The notes under the pieces were generated by a model, which saw only the letters and a list, made by a program, of their open reading frames with translations, did no database searches and had not been told where the DNA came from. This document shows, one piece after another, positions 49,137 to 61,831 of a stretch of 64,000 nt of DNA. How positions within the stretch are numbered: position 1 is the stretch's first letter; each line of letters begins with the position of its first letter. The position numbers and the translations under genes are program-made. Source of the stretch: Tricharina praecox (Eukaryota); NCBI RefSeq assembly GCF_024521635.1, contig NW_026250420.1, positions 62,001 to 126,000 on the forward strand, written 5' to 3'.

Positions 49137-51801
49137 CTTATGTAATAGTACTCTACGGTACTAGGTATACCCAGTCTTTGCCAACGGTGAGTGAGTGAGG
49201 GATTGAGTGAGTGAGTGACTGCGTGAGTAAAGTGAGGTGAGTATCATGTACTTGTCGAAGTGAGTTCGTTGAATGAGTAGGGCGAGTTGCTGCGAGCATG
49301 CTGCCGGCAATCTTCGCACTGAGGGGAAGGTGCATACTAGATAGTAGATACCAAGTACATACTACTTACATACCGGTAGTAGGAGGTACTTGGGCATGCT
49401 ATGTATTACATACATACATTCGACCACGCGTGCCCCACGACCCGGATATCGATGTCCAGCTGATCTCCCTCTCTCCCTCTATGTATGTATGCATAGAGTA
49501 GAGTACTCTACAAACACGTTTGTTTTTCATCTATGGGGGAGGAGGGGACCTTCTCCGAATCCCTCCCTCGCCCCCCCCCCTCACCCCCCCCCCCCCCCTC
49601 CCCCCCCCTCCCTTCCACCCACGTTGGGGGCACAGACCATGCCCCGCCCCGCCCGGCCCCAGGTTAACAATTCTACTTAGTACTCTACTCTACCTACCTG
49701 CATAACTGCATACAGATGTCGATTTTCCCTTTATTTCACGGGACTTCTTCATTCGCTCGCTCGCTGCTGATGGGTTATGTAGAGTACTTCAGGTAACCGC
49801 TTGCGAATCCACTCACTGTCCAATCCACACCCAGGCCAGCCTCCGGGCCGGGGCGCAGCTGTGGGATGGGATGTCCCACGTGCACGTATGTATCGTATGT
49901 ATCGTATGTATCGTACGTACGTAGAATAATTGGCTGCTGCTGCGTGCTATAGTACTTAAGTAACTACCGTAACTGTTAGTTAGGTAGCTGGTAGCTGGTA
50001 GCTATATAGCTATGGGGGTAGTAAGGTAGTAAGGGTTGCCTGAATATGTACTCTACTCTACTCTACCCACTGTAGCTCCGCGGAGTCGGCGAGGTGGGTA
50101 ACAAGTTTGTATGATGTATCTACTTTATGTAGTACGGTAGTTTTGAGGTGACAATCACGGAGAGATGAGGTAGGCATAGAGTATGCGTGCACACTGCACT
50201 CTACTCTATGTATGTGGAGACTCGGTACTCTCGGTACCGGTTCACCGGTGTTGGGAGGCGAGCGAGCGAGCCCTTTCGTATGTACCTACTCTACATACTC
50301 TACATATAGAGAGAGTGGCCCGTTGCAAACTTGCAGTTCCAAGGGAGCAGATGGATGGAGGAGAGCACCTACTCTACGGTATTTCAACTTCAAGCGAAGC
50401 CCGCAACTGCCACTGCCACTGCCATCGCCACTAACTACCGTTGCTCGGTACCGTGGTTTGATGACGGTGCACGGACGGGGACGGGGACAGGGACGGATGA
50501 TTGCGGGGGGGGAGGGGTCGGAGCGAGAACGAGAACGAAAGGGGACAGACACTGGACGGACGGACAGACAGACAGACTTGAGTCAGTCAGGCAGAGACTG
50601 CACGAAAACGAAATGCGTAACTGGGTATACTAGGTAGGTATACTATTATACTCTACTCTACCTGTTGTGCTTTGTATATGGATAGGTAGTCGAAACATAA
50701 TAGGTATATCAGGTAGATAGCGAGGCGAGTAGGTACCGTATGTACTCTATGTAGGCATGGAAGTGGCCGGCCGTTTTTCATGTCCGTCCGTCCTCGCTCC
50801 CCATCGGGCCCATCCATCCCTCCCCCTCCGATTCTCCGAATTCCCATCCCGCTGCACCAGCACCAGCACCAGCACCAGCACCAGCACCTGCACCTGCACC
50901 GCTCAGCTGGGAGGGGGAAACCATCCATCGGGTGAGTCCGTCCGTTGGGGTCCGTTAGAAGTTGAAACCTGGGACACCCATCCACCCACCCATCCACCCA
51001 CCCATCCATCCATCCACCCATCCATCCATCCAGCCCCAACAAACAAACAAAATTTAACAAACCGGTCGGCTTACCTACATATGTAGAGTACTCTACATAT
51101 GTTCCAAGCAAGGCGAGAAGCCCCCCCCCCCCCGACTCCCCTTCCCTTCCCCGGAGATACCCACTCCACTTCACTCCAGTGACTCCACTCCACTCCAGTG
51201 ACTCCACTCCACTCCAGTGACTCCACTCCATCCAGGGCCCAGGGGCGGGGGCCGACCCATCCATTCGTTCGTTCGTAACCTCGTCTCGTCTGGTTTCTTT
51301 TCTTTTTTCGCGTACCTACTCTACCCTACTCTACTCCACATACCCAACTACAAGGTAGAGTAACTATCACGGTTCGCCTCGCTCGTGGGATGTATGTATG
51401 TATGTGGGCGGCGTAGATATGTAGGCGTGGTGGGTATGTAGGTGGGTTTCAAGGCAAGGCAATTGCAAGCAAGACATGCAGTCCGCCCCACCAAGCACCA
51501 AACCACCAAGCACCTCACGCACCTCAGCAACCGACCGACTCGCGACTCGCGTCCAGCGAGTCGGTAACTACCTCCTATGTACGCTGATGTATGTACGAGT
51601 AGAGTACCGTACCGCGGACCGGGACCGGGTTCGCCAGCTGAGCTGCACTGCACTGTCACAGCCTCACAGACAGACAGCCTCACAGACTCACAGGGGGAGC
51701 GGGATATGTACGGTAGGTAGTCAACTCTGTTGGAACTTGTTGGAACTTGGACGTGGGCGCGCGCGGGGGGGGGGGGGGGCGCTCAATTAGGCGAGTATCT
51801 A

Positions 51802-52158
<357 letters not shown>

Positions 52159-55100
52159 CTACATACTCTACATACTCTACTTCCCTCCCTCCCGGCGGCG
52201 CCGACATCCCCGTATACCTACCTACATCATACCTAGTAGATATAAGTATTGTACATATTGTACTCTATGTACCTACCTATGGCCGATCATCTACTTTCTC
52301 GCCGTTTCATACTGTCTCGGTCGGTCGGTCGGTCGGTCGGTCGGGCGAGTGATGGGCTGTGATGCGATGCGATGCGATGCGATGCGATGCGATGCGATGC
52401 GATGTGATGTGATGTGAATCCCACCCACCCTCCCTCTCGTTCTGGTGTCTGGTCTGCGTGCGGTCCTCCCCGTGCCCAAACCCATCGCCGCTCGAGGGGG
52501 TGAGCTGGAGTACTCTACTCTATGTAACTCATCCACGCCCACGTGATGGTGCGGAAAAGCCACGCCTGGCCAGGCAGGCAGGCAGGCAGGCAGGGGTGTA
52601 CTGTACTGTACAGTACAGTACACAGATCGCCGGAACGTCGGAACGTCGGAAACCCGTGGATGGAGATGGAGGTTTTACACATTAACCGAGGAATATGTGC
52701 TGTATCTACCTATGTATCTATCGAACTCACACATCATCATGCACGCACGCACGTGATATCACTCGAGTCACCCGCCCGCCCGCCCGCGCCATCCGGTTAT
52801 GTACATAGACACATACATACCCAGTGGAAGTTGTACTCTATGTAGCGGGTATGTAGATCTACGCGGCTGTGCTGTGCTGTGCTGTGCTGTGCTGTGCTGT
52901 GCTGTGCTGTGCTGTGCTGTGCTGGGGCTCGGAGGCATGACTGACTGACTGACTGACTGACTGTTCGCCACAATATGTATGCACATACATATTCCATCCG
53001 GCTATGTATGTATTATTCTCTCCAGTCTCCTCGGCGCTCACTGCGGGAGGGGGGAGGGGTGGATTGGGTCCAGACAGACAGACAGGAAGACAGATGGACA
53101 GACAGACGGAACTCAATTCCATTCAATTCCAGGGGCGTCCGGCGTCCGGACTCCGGACTCTGGAGACCGGAGATATCATAGGTTGATCACTGCTACTACT
53201 ACATACCGGTACTACTAGTAGCAGTAGTAGTAGTAGCAGCAGTAGCAGTAGCAGTAGCAGTAGCAGTAGCAGTAGCAGTAGCAGTAGCAGTAGCAGTAGC
53301 AGTAGTAGTAGCAGTAGTAGGAGTATGTACTCCCGAGTTTACCGAGACTCCGAGATTCCGAGTCTTAAGGGCCGAGCAAGAGCAGGAGCAGAGCAGAGCA
53401 CTCATGTCCATTGCTCATGTTCGTTGGAACGTGGCCAGACGGACAGATACTATAGACAGCTCAGATCCCCACCGTCCATGGGCCATATCTACACTCTGGA
53501 TTAGGTATGCACCCACCCCACCAGTAACCACCACCACCAGTAACCACCACCACCGCCGCCGCCAGGGACGTTTAAACAATATATAAGTTAGGTATGTATC
53601 TATGCAGTTAATGCAGCCTGCAGGCAGGGCAGGGCCGAGAAGTTGAAACCTGAAACCTAATACTTGAAACTTGAAACTTGAAACCTGAAACACGCGCTGG
53701 CTCCAGGCTGGCTCCGGGCTGGGGGGTTGTTTTTCTGTGCGTGCGAGCGTGCGAGCGTGCCGTCTTTTCAGATCTCAGGGTATCGCAGGTATGTAGAGTA
53801 CTCTACTCTATGTATATACAAGGTAGAGACTGTGGTTAGTAGTATGTAGTAATCGCCGTTACGCATAGTAGAGTAGAGTGGTATCCGTCCGTCCGTCCCT
53901 GCTAGGAGAAAGAAAGAAAGAAAGAAAGAAAAGAGAAGGAAAGAGAAGAGAAATTAACGTGCTCGTGATCGGGCGTGTGCAAGTACTGTGCAGATGTATC
54001 GTATGTACTCCACACATGGATACCAACTAGTGTACATTGTACCTAACACTTACATACACACCACATGGCGACCACACGAGCGATGCAGCGATGCAGGGGA
54101 GCCATGCTGCTGCTGCTGGTGGTACATAGTGTTGGTTAACTTAATTTAACTAGTGCAAAAACGGAACAATGCAATGTTCATATTAATGGCGGCGGCGGCT
54201 GTTGACTCTTGAGTCTTGAGTCGCGACGGGACTCGCAACGCTTGATTCTGGATCCGGGAGTGAATACGAACGAACTTCTGTGTGTACCTACTCTACTCTA
54301 CATATATGTGTAGAGTATATGTATAGATGCATACGGCACTAATGACGATAATGGTGACGATGACGGCGTATGGTGATGATGATGATTATGGTGGTGGTGG
54401 TGGTGGTGGTGGTGGTGGCGGCGGTGGTGGTCACTGGTGGTCACTGGTGGTCACTGGTGGTGGTGGTGGTGGTGGATTGATGATATCTTTAGGTGAGACA
54501 CGGATAGGTAGACGACGGACGTATGTTTGGGAGTATGGGGAGCCCATCAACTTTCAAGGCAGCTGACGGTATGTACAGTAGATACCATAGTTACAGCATC
54601 ACGCGGTGGCGAAGGCAATAGTTAGCATTACCATAGATATCATACTACGAGTAGGTAGCATCATACTAGGTATCATACTTCATGGAGTACAATACAGAGG
54701 AGGGTACTATAGTTATAGCCCTTCCGACCAACTCGAGCTCGTACGATATATAAATTTATCTGATGGAAGAAAGTTGATTACATGTCCATTACCGAGCCGC
54801 CGCCCTCTCCTCTCCTATACATATACTGTATATATATAGAGCCCGTCACGATATCCCTGAGTCTCTGACACCCCAACACCCCAACACCCTGCCACGAGGG
54901 GGGGACGGGCTGTGTAGTGTTGCATTGTGTGGTGTTGTGTTGTGTTGTGTTTAGGTTTCCCACCCCATCCCGTTCCGCATCTTCCAGAAGCCTTCGCGCG
55001 GCCGGCCAGCCAGCCTCCACGAGCTCGCCACGAGGTCGCCACGAGGTCGCCACGTGGAGTGGGTGGATCCCCCTCAACGCCGTGTGGAGGAGAGGAGAGG

Positions 55101-55541
55101 AGAGGAAAGGAGAGGAGTCGGTTCAGGTTGTTCTAGAAGCTAATCCAGCAGCGGAGATAACACTTCCTCCCCCTCCCCCTTCCCCTCCCCTCCCCGGTGG
55201 CCAGTGCTGTGACCCACCCACCCAAGTGGCAAGCCTATACTTGCCCTACATACTCTACTCTACATATGTACCGGTAACTACACACCGGTACATACCGGTA
55301 GGTATATAGAGTACTCTGCCTACATACTTGCATTGGTATGTACTCTAGGTGCAGTGGTAAACAACTAGGGCTGATCGGTATGGAGGCAGTACCAGAGCCA
55401 GGCGGCAGTAGAATGATTGGAGGCAATCCAAAAACAGCGGAATCTTTACGGCCAAAAATGATTATACTGAGAAAAGTAATGCGCATTGCCACGTCGGTAC
55501 CGATAGATGTGAATCATCCTGTTCTTTGATTTTGGTCGCGC

Positions 55542-55726
55542 TATGGCAGCATGCTGGCATTCAAATGAATGCGTCTTCGCACAAAGCTCATAAACTTTCC
55601 AGATCGGTATGGCAGCATGCTGGTATTCAAATGAATGCGTTTTCGCAACAACACTCATAGCCTTCCCGGATCTGTATGGCAGCATGCTGGCTTTCAAATG
55701 AATGCGTCTTTGCACAACTCTCATAG
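55542..55726. repeat. Three 66-67-bp tandem repeats with internal palindromes
   Basis: TATGGCAGCATGCTGG...TTCAAATGAATGCGT starts at 55542, 55608 and 55675. Confidence 0.95.
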
Positions 55727-55802
55727 TAGTACCAGGATGAATGCTGATTTTATATCACTACGGACCGGTTTGTATGCAGTAATCCAGTGTGTCTCGCATT
55801 GA

Positions 55803-55939
55803 ACTTCTATCTAGTATTCTATCTACTTCTATCTAGTATTCTATCTACTTCTATCTAGTATTCTATCTACTTCTATCTAGTATTCTATCTACTTCTATCT
55901 AGTATTCTATCTACTTCTATCTAGTATTCTATCTACTTC
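55803..55939. repeat. 22-bp minisatellite, 6 perfect copies
   Basis: (ACTTCTATCTAGTATTCTATCT)6 plus a partial unit. Confidence 0.97.
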
Positions 55940-58900
55940 CTTCACTATTTAATATTCTTTCTACTCCCGAGCTTTGGCCACCTGTGCCAAGTGGATGTGT
56001 TGTGCTAAGTGGATGTATTGCACCGAGGGGAATGGAGAGTTGCGCCGAGAAAAGCTATAATAGAGAAGCTATTAGCGAGGGTAGAGGTGCGGCCAGAGTA
56101 GAGTTAGCTATAAGAGATATGAGCCATCAGCGGGAGTAGCAGTAGCAGCAAGGGGGGGTGATAATCACAGAGGGGCCAGCTGGGCGAGCAGCAGTAGTGA
56201 GTGGGTGATATTCACAGCGCAGCCAGTGCTGTATCCACGGTAGCAAGAGGGCATTTCTTAAGCGAATTCAGTACTGTATATATGCACGTTAGCAAGAGGC
56301 GCTTCTCCAGGGCTAATCCAGCGAGAGGGCAATCCTTAGGTGAATCCAGTGCTGTATCCACAGCGAGGCCAGTAGGACAATAGTAGCAGTAGAAGGGGGG
56401 GGGGGGGGGGGGGGGGGGGGGTTACTCACAGCGCAGCCAGTGCTGTATCCGCGGCGAGAGTAGTAGTTGCGACGGGAGTAGGAGCTATATGAGAGATGAG
56501 CTATCAGCGAGAGTAGCAGTTGCAGCAGGAGGGGGAACAGCAATTGCGGCGAGGGTAGAGCTGGAGCGAGGGTAGAGGTGCGAGCAGAAGAGCTATAAAA
56601 CCGAGGAACATCAGCAAGAGTAGAATTGCGGCGGGGGGAATAGCAATTGCAGTGGGGGAGGGAGTTGCGGCGAGGGGGGTAATAGCAGTTGCGGTGGGAG
56701 TGGGAATAGGTGGGAGTGGGAATAGCAGTTGCGGGGGGAGGAGTTGCGGGGGGAGGAGGAGTTGTGGGAGAAGAAGAAGAAGCAAAAGAAGAAGAGGCAG
56801 ATGGCTAAGAGGGCATACGACCCGCCATGCCCACCATGCCCGCCAACGTTGGTGCCCTCTACTAACCACATTCGTCTTCTCCCACCGACAGGAGTCCTTC
56901 ATCTCCTCCTGTTGCCGACACCTCCTCCCACAGCTCCTGAGCCATTTCACGAGTTGACTCAGTCATTACTAGAGTCATCTCGCGGATTGACTCAGTCATT
57001 CCTGTTCGATGACTAGAGTCATTTTTCATCCCCACCCCCACCAAACTCCCATTACTCCCTCCCGTGGCAGCTAGCCCATCGCTCCCCCACACCGGAAAAC
57101 AGTAGAAAAATGCCAAGAAAACGTGTAAATCGTGGAAACGTAAACGGCTATATCGCAGTCAGTATTCGCCTGTTTCTCTTGACCAGACACTCGCTGGGAC
57201 CCCCAAGGTAGCTCATACATGATTCGTAAGACAGCTAATAGTTGGTGGCATAATTCCTTTTAAATGCCCGATCTCTGTGCTGGGGTCTAGAAGGAGGGAA
57301 GGAGATGACAGAAAGGATGGCAGAAATCACCACTGATCACTCGGATCTGATAAGATTAGATAGACGGGATAGGCTAGTGCAAATAAACTACCATCTTCTC
57401 ATAATCTTGTCCATGTGCATAACACTATATCAATACAGCAGTATGACCAAATTTATTGAAAACTCTTAGTTGATTAAATACCCTAGCACTGCTGGATCGC
57501 TGTGGTAACAGTACGGCATCCTTCAAAGTAGCCCGCCGGCAAATGCAGCATTCAAAAAGTCTTGGGTAGTCATACGATTAAGCATTTATCACCAGCATTC
57601 CAGACAAATGTGCATTGTAAAACTGGTACAGAGTGATACAACTACGGTAGCGCGACAGGATTTCGGGTATGGCGCATTCATATGAATCTGCGTTACATTG
57701 AGTGCTAAATTCTATCACGGTACTGAAGCAACATGGAAATTGCACAATTCAAGTTGCACTCTGGTCCCGAAAAGCCCATATTTTTTACTACTGTAGTTAC
57801 ATGCTCGCAAGCGAGGGGCGCGGGGCGAGGAGTGAGGAGCGAGGAGCTCGTGGCGAGGGGCGCGGGCGAGGGGCGAGGGCTGAAAGAAAGTTTAAGTGCC
57901 ACGTGGAAGTGGATGCGGCTGGGGATAGATATGTGAGTACCTGGGGGGGGGGAAGCTTTAACTTTGACTGGCATGACCTGTCCCCCCCCTCACCCTCACC
58001 TGGCAAGGCCAGGCCGGGTCGGGGGCACGAGCGTCGAGCGGACGGACGGACGGGCCACAGTTGAAACGAAACGGGCGGATGCATTTCCCGAGGATATGTA
58101 GAATACATATCACGACGGCGGTTGGGGGTTACAGTTGGGGGTGGGGTGGGAGTTCCATGGACTCTTGGAGACAGCCTACGGGCGTGCGTGCATACCGACT
58201 ATGATACCTACTCTAGATACTCTACAGAGCTTCACTGTTCACTGTTCACTGACTGTTCATATGTAGAGTACTTCCGTATGTCGGAGTGGCGAGATTTCCT
58301 TTCCTTTCCTTTCCCGGGGCGGGCTCATCTCCCTGGGCCCGGGCTCCTCATTGTCGTCGTCGTCGTCGTCGTCGTTGGCAGAGTTCAGCCCTTCCACCTA
58401 CGTAGCTGGTGAACATACATACTCTACATAGACAGAGAGTAGGTAGAGTAGTAGGAGGTAGGAGGGAGGTAGCTGAAACACCCACCACCTCTATCCGAGA
58501 TTTCTCCGGACGGACCGACTCCACTCCCCGGGCCTCCCCCCCCCCTCTATTTCCCTTTCCCTTCGCACGCCCGGCCGTCCCCTCCTCCCCACGCCTTCCG
58601 CACTCGGATACCGGGGGAGGGAGCGAGAGAGGGAGGGAGGCGATTTCAATCCGGGCTGGGCTGGGGCTGGGGCTGGGCTGGGGCAGGAACGTATGTAAGC
58701 CCCCTTTACAAACATACTTCTCTTCTCTTCTCTTCTCTGTATGTATGTATGTATATACGAGTACCTCACAATGCTCACGCGGAGAACGGAACGGAAGTGT
58801 GGCTCAATTGACGTTTCCCTCGTTGGTGGTTGGTGGTTGTTGCGCATCTGTACTCTATGTAGGTAGAGTAGGTAACCATAAGGCCGGGGTGGGTAGAATA

Positions 58901-61026
58901 CCTATTGACATATGGATGGGCCGGCTGTTGGTTGGTTGGTTGGTTGGTTGGAACTTGGGAATCCCGTTAACTGCACTGCACAGCCATGGGCCCGTTGCGT
59001 TGCAGCCAGTCAGTCGGCCAGCCAGTGCGCGCAGTTTACTGCAGTGCAGTGCAGTGCATGCAATGGCCATTCGATCCCATCCTGTGTATGTATGTACATA
59101 TGTACCCCGGAGATGAAGACCCAGAACTACTCTACGCGCGGCCACGTGGAGTGGAGTGGAGTGGAGTGGAGTGGAGTAGAGTGGAGTGGAGGGGAAAAAG
59201 TAAAACGAAGGGAAAAAGAAAAAAGAGGAAAGAAACGAGCGCGGAAGGAAGGAAAGGATGCGGTTGGTGGGTTGGTGGGTTGGGTCGACGGCAGGCTGAC
59301 AGACAGACAGATAGACATGCAGGCAGACAGGCAGGTGCGTTGAATGTTCGCGACTCGCGGATTTGGCTGTATGTACTCTACTATACTCTAGATGTCTACC
59401 TCATGTAGATACTCTAGGTATGATACGAGGTATGGATGGTATGTAGAGGACAGCCTTCTTACTCTCTATACGGACGGGCGTCGAACGTCCTTCTCGCGAG
59501 TTCTCGCACCGTCGGCCGGCATCCGCAATGCAAACGCCCCATCACCATCACCACCACCACCACCACCACCAGAAACGTCTGCTCCGCCCCGTGCGGTGCA
59601 AACGGCCATCCATCCATCCATCCATCCATCCATCCATCCATCCTCCCTTCCTTCCCGAACACCGCAATCCTTCCTCTGACCGACTGACTGAACACCGCGC
59701 GCGGCATATGTACAAGAGGTAGTGTACAGTACATACCAACGCCCGTCCCTCCCCCCCCCCTCCCCCCTCCCCCCTCCCCCCCCCGCGCCCGCTGCCCACC
59801 CCACCCCCGGTCGGGAATAGTTAGAGGCATACCCTATGTACATATATAGAGGCTGGCATCGCTTGCGGATCGTTCACTCTATCCCATGCGCGGTTGAAAC
59901 ACGCACTCTATTAGTAGTACTACCTATACTCTGTGTATATACCCTATCCTCTATATTATGGTAGTTACCCTCTGCCTTCGGCCCTCTGCGCCCCCACGGC
60001 GATGGAGGACGCGAGTGTATGTGTGTGTGTGTGTGTATGTGTGCACATATGTGTAGCGACGAACCACCCGCGATCCGATCGGAGGAGCTCGGTGTCGGTG
60101 TCGGTGTCGGTCTCGATTCACCATGCCTGGCTGGCTGGCTGGCTGGCTGGCTGTTGTCTTGTCTGAAGAGGAGGAGAGAGAGCGTGTCTGTCTGTCTGTC
60201 TACTACGGTAACTAGTATCTGTCTGCCATAGGCCTCCTGTTCTGCTCCGGAGAACGGAGAATCCTTCACTTCCCTCCCTCCCCTCCCATCCCATCCCATC
60301 CCATCCCACCCTTCAGCCCTGGCAGCCGGGGTCGGATGGGCCGACGGATGGACGGACGGGTGGTGGTGGTGGGAGGAGGGGAGAAGACGGTGAGAAACGT
60401 GAGAAATGTGGACGAGTCGATATCTACAGTATGTATGTAGATACGGTATATAGATACCCTCCTTGCCCTGCCCTGCCCTGCCCTGCCCTGCCCTCCTCAT
60501 CGTCCTCCCCTTCCCTCCCCTCCGAGCCCGAGCCCGAGCTCGAGCACACCTTCGACGCGAGAGACGAAAGACGGATTCTGACGAGATTCTGACGAGAGAT
60601 GGATGGATGACATGACAGCGTCGCGTGGATGCCGGGATCAGTACTTAGCGACTTAGCGAGGGTCTTGGGGGGGGGGGGGGTCTCGGTCTTGGTCTTGGTC
60701 TTGGTCTTGGGGGCGAGAGGGGAGGGGTATCGAAGCATACCCTACTCCCTACTCCCTACATACTCCCTACATACTTGCATACCGCCCACTGTCCCATATG
60801 TCCCATGTGTAGAGTAAGTACCATCGAATCGAAGCATGCCGCCCATCCCATGGCCATCCCATCCTGTCCGCCGCATCGACGTTCCTAAGACGGCTGTGCG
60901 AGCGATGATCTCGCGTTTATCTATTTTATGTATGTACCGACGGAAACAACTGGACATTGGAGGGGCGCGGGGGGGCGGGGACGGGAACGGGGACACGGAC
61001 TGGCGGGAGGGAGGGAGGGAGGGAAT

Positions 61027-61136
61027 ACATAGCATACATAGCATAGGTACATAGCATACATAGCATAGGTACATAGCATACATAGCATAGGTACATAGCA
61101 TACATAGCATAGGTACATAGCATACATAGCATACAT
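61027..61136. repeat. 22-bp minisatellite, 4 copies plus a partial unit
   Basis: (ACATAGCATACATAGCATAGGT)n. Confidence 0.95.
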
Positions 61137-61762
61137 ATCATGCATAGCATAGCGAGGAAGAGGGGAGAGGAGAGGGGAGAGGAGAGGGGAGAAGGGAAAG
61201 GTCTATCAATCTACATATGATGACGCATGCAGCAGTGCGACTGACAGTGACTGTGACAGTGATTATGACTGTGCGAGCGCGAGTGGGTGAGTGGGTGAGT
61301 GGGTCAGTGGGTCAGTGGGTGGGTGGGTTCGGGCTCTGGAGTCTGCGGGGAAGAAAGAAAGTCCCCGTCGTCGTGACTCGTCGTTGCGTAAGTAGAGTAG
61401 GTATTTCTGGCCGTCCATCGACTCCATAGTCCATCCATCCATCCATCCATCCATCCATCACCGCTGACTCGCTATGTACATTATACATATGCTTATTACA
61501 TACTACTAGGTAGGTAGTATCTCCAGTGTCAGTGTCCACATCAAGACATCAAGAAAGGCATCTACCTATCATACATAATCACACCTAACAATCAAGCCAG
61601 ACCTAACCCAACCCCAACCCCAACCCCAACCCCAACCCCAGGCTCAAAATCAAAATCAGAATCAAAATCAGACTCAAAATCAGAATCAGAATCAAAGCCC
61701 ACAGATCGGACACGGACCGGACACGGACACGGACCGGACACGGACACGGACACGGACAGGTC

Positions 61763-61831
61763 ACAAACGTGGACAAACGTGGACAAACGTGGACAAACGT
61801 GGACAAACGTGGACAAACGTGGACAAACGTG
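61763..61831. repeat. 10-bp tandem repeat, ~7 copies
   Basis: (ACAAACGTGG)n. Confidence 0.95.

Larger units (their letters stand above)
55352..57793. mobile_element. Putative non-autonomous TIR DNA element, 2,442 bp, with degenerate CAGT-starting TIRs
   Basis: Left end CAGTGGTAAACAACTAGGGCTGATCGG versus reverse-complemented right end CAGTAGTAAAAAATATGGGCTTTTCGG is 20/27 identical, and both are followed by ACCAGAG. The ends coincide with a change in sequence composition. Confidence 0.55.

Noticed and set aside
61602..61639. (AACCCC)n as an interstitial telomere
   Set aside because: It is not the TTAGGG unit and is one of many hexamer microsatellites in the region.
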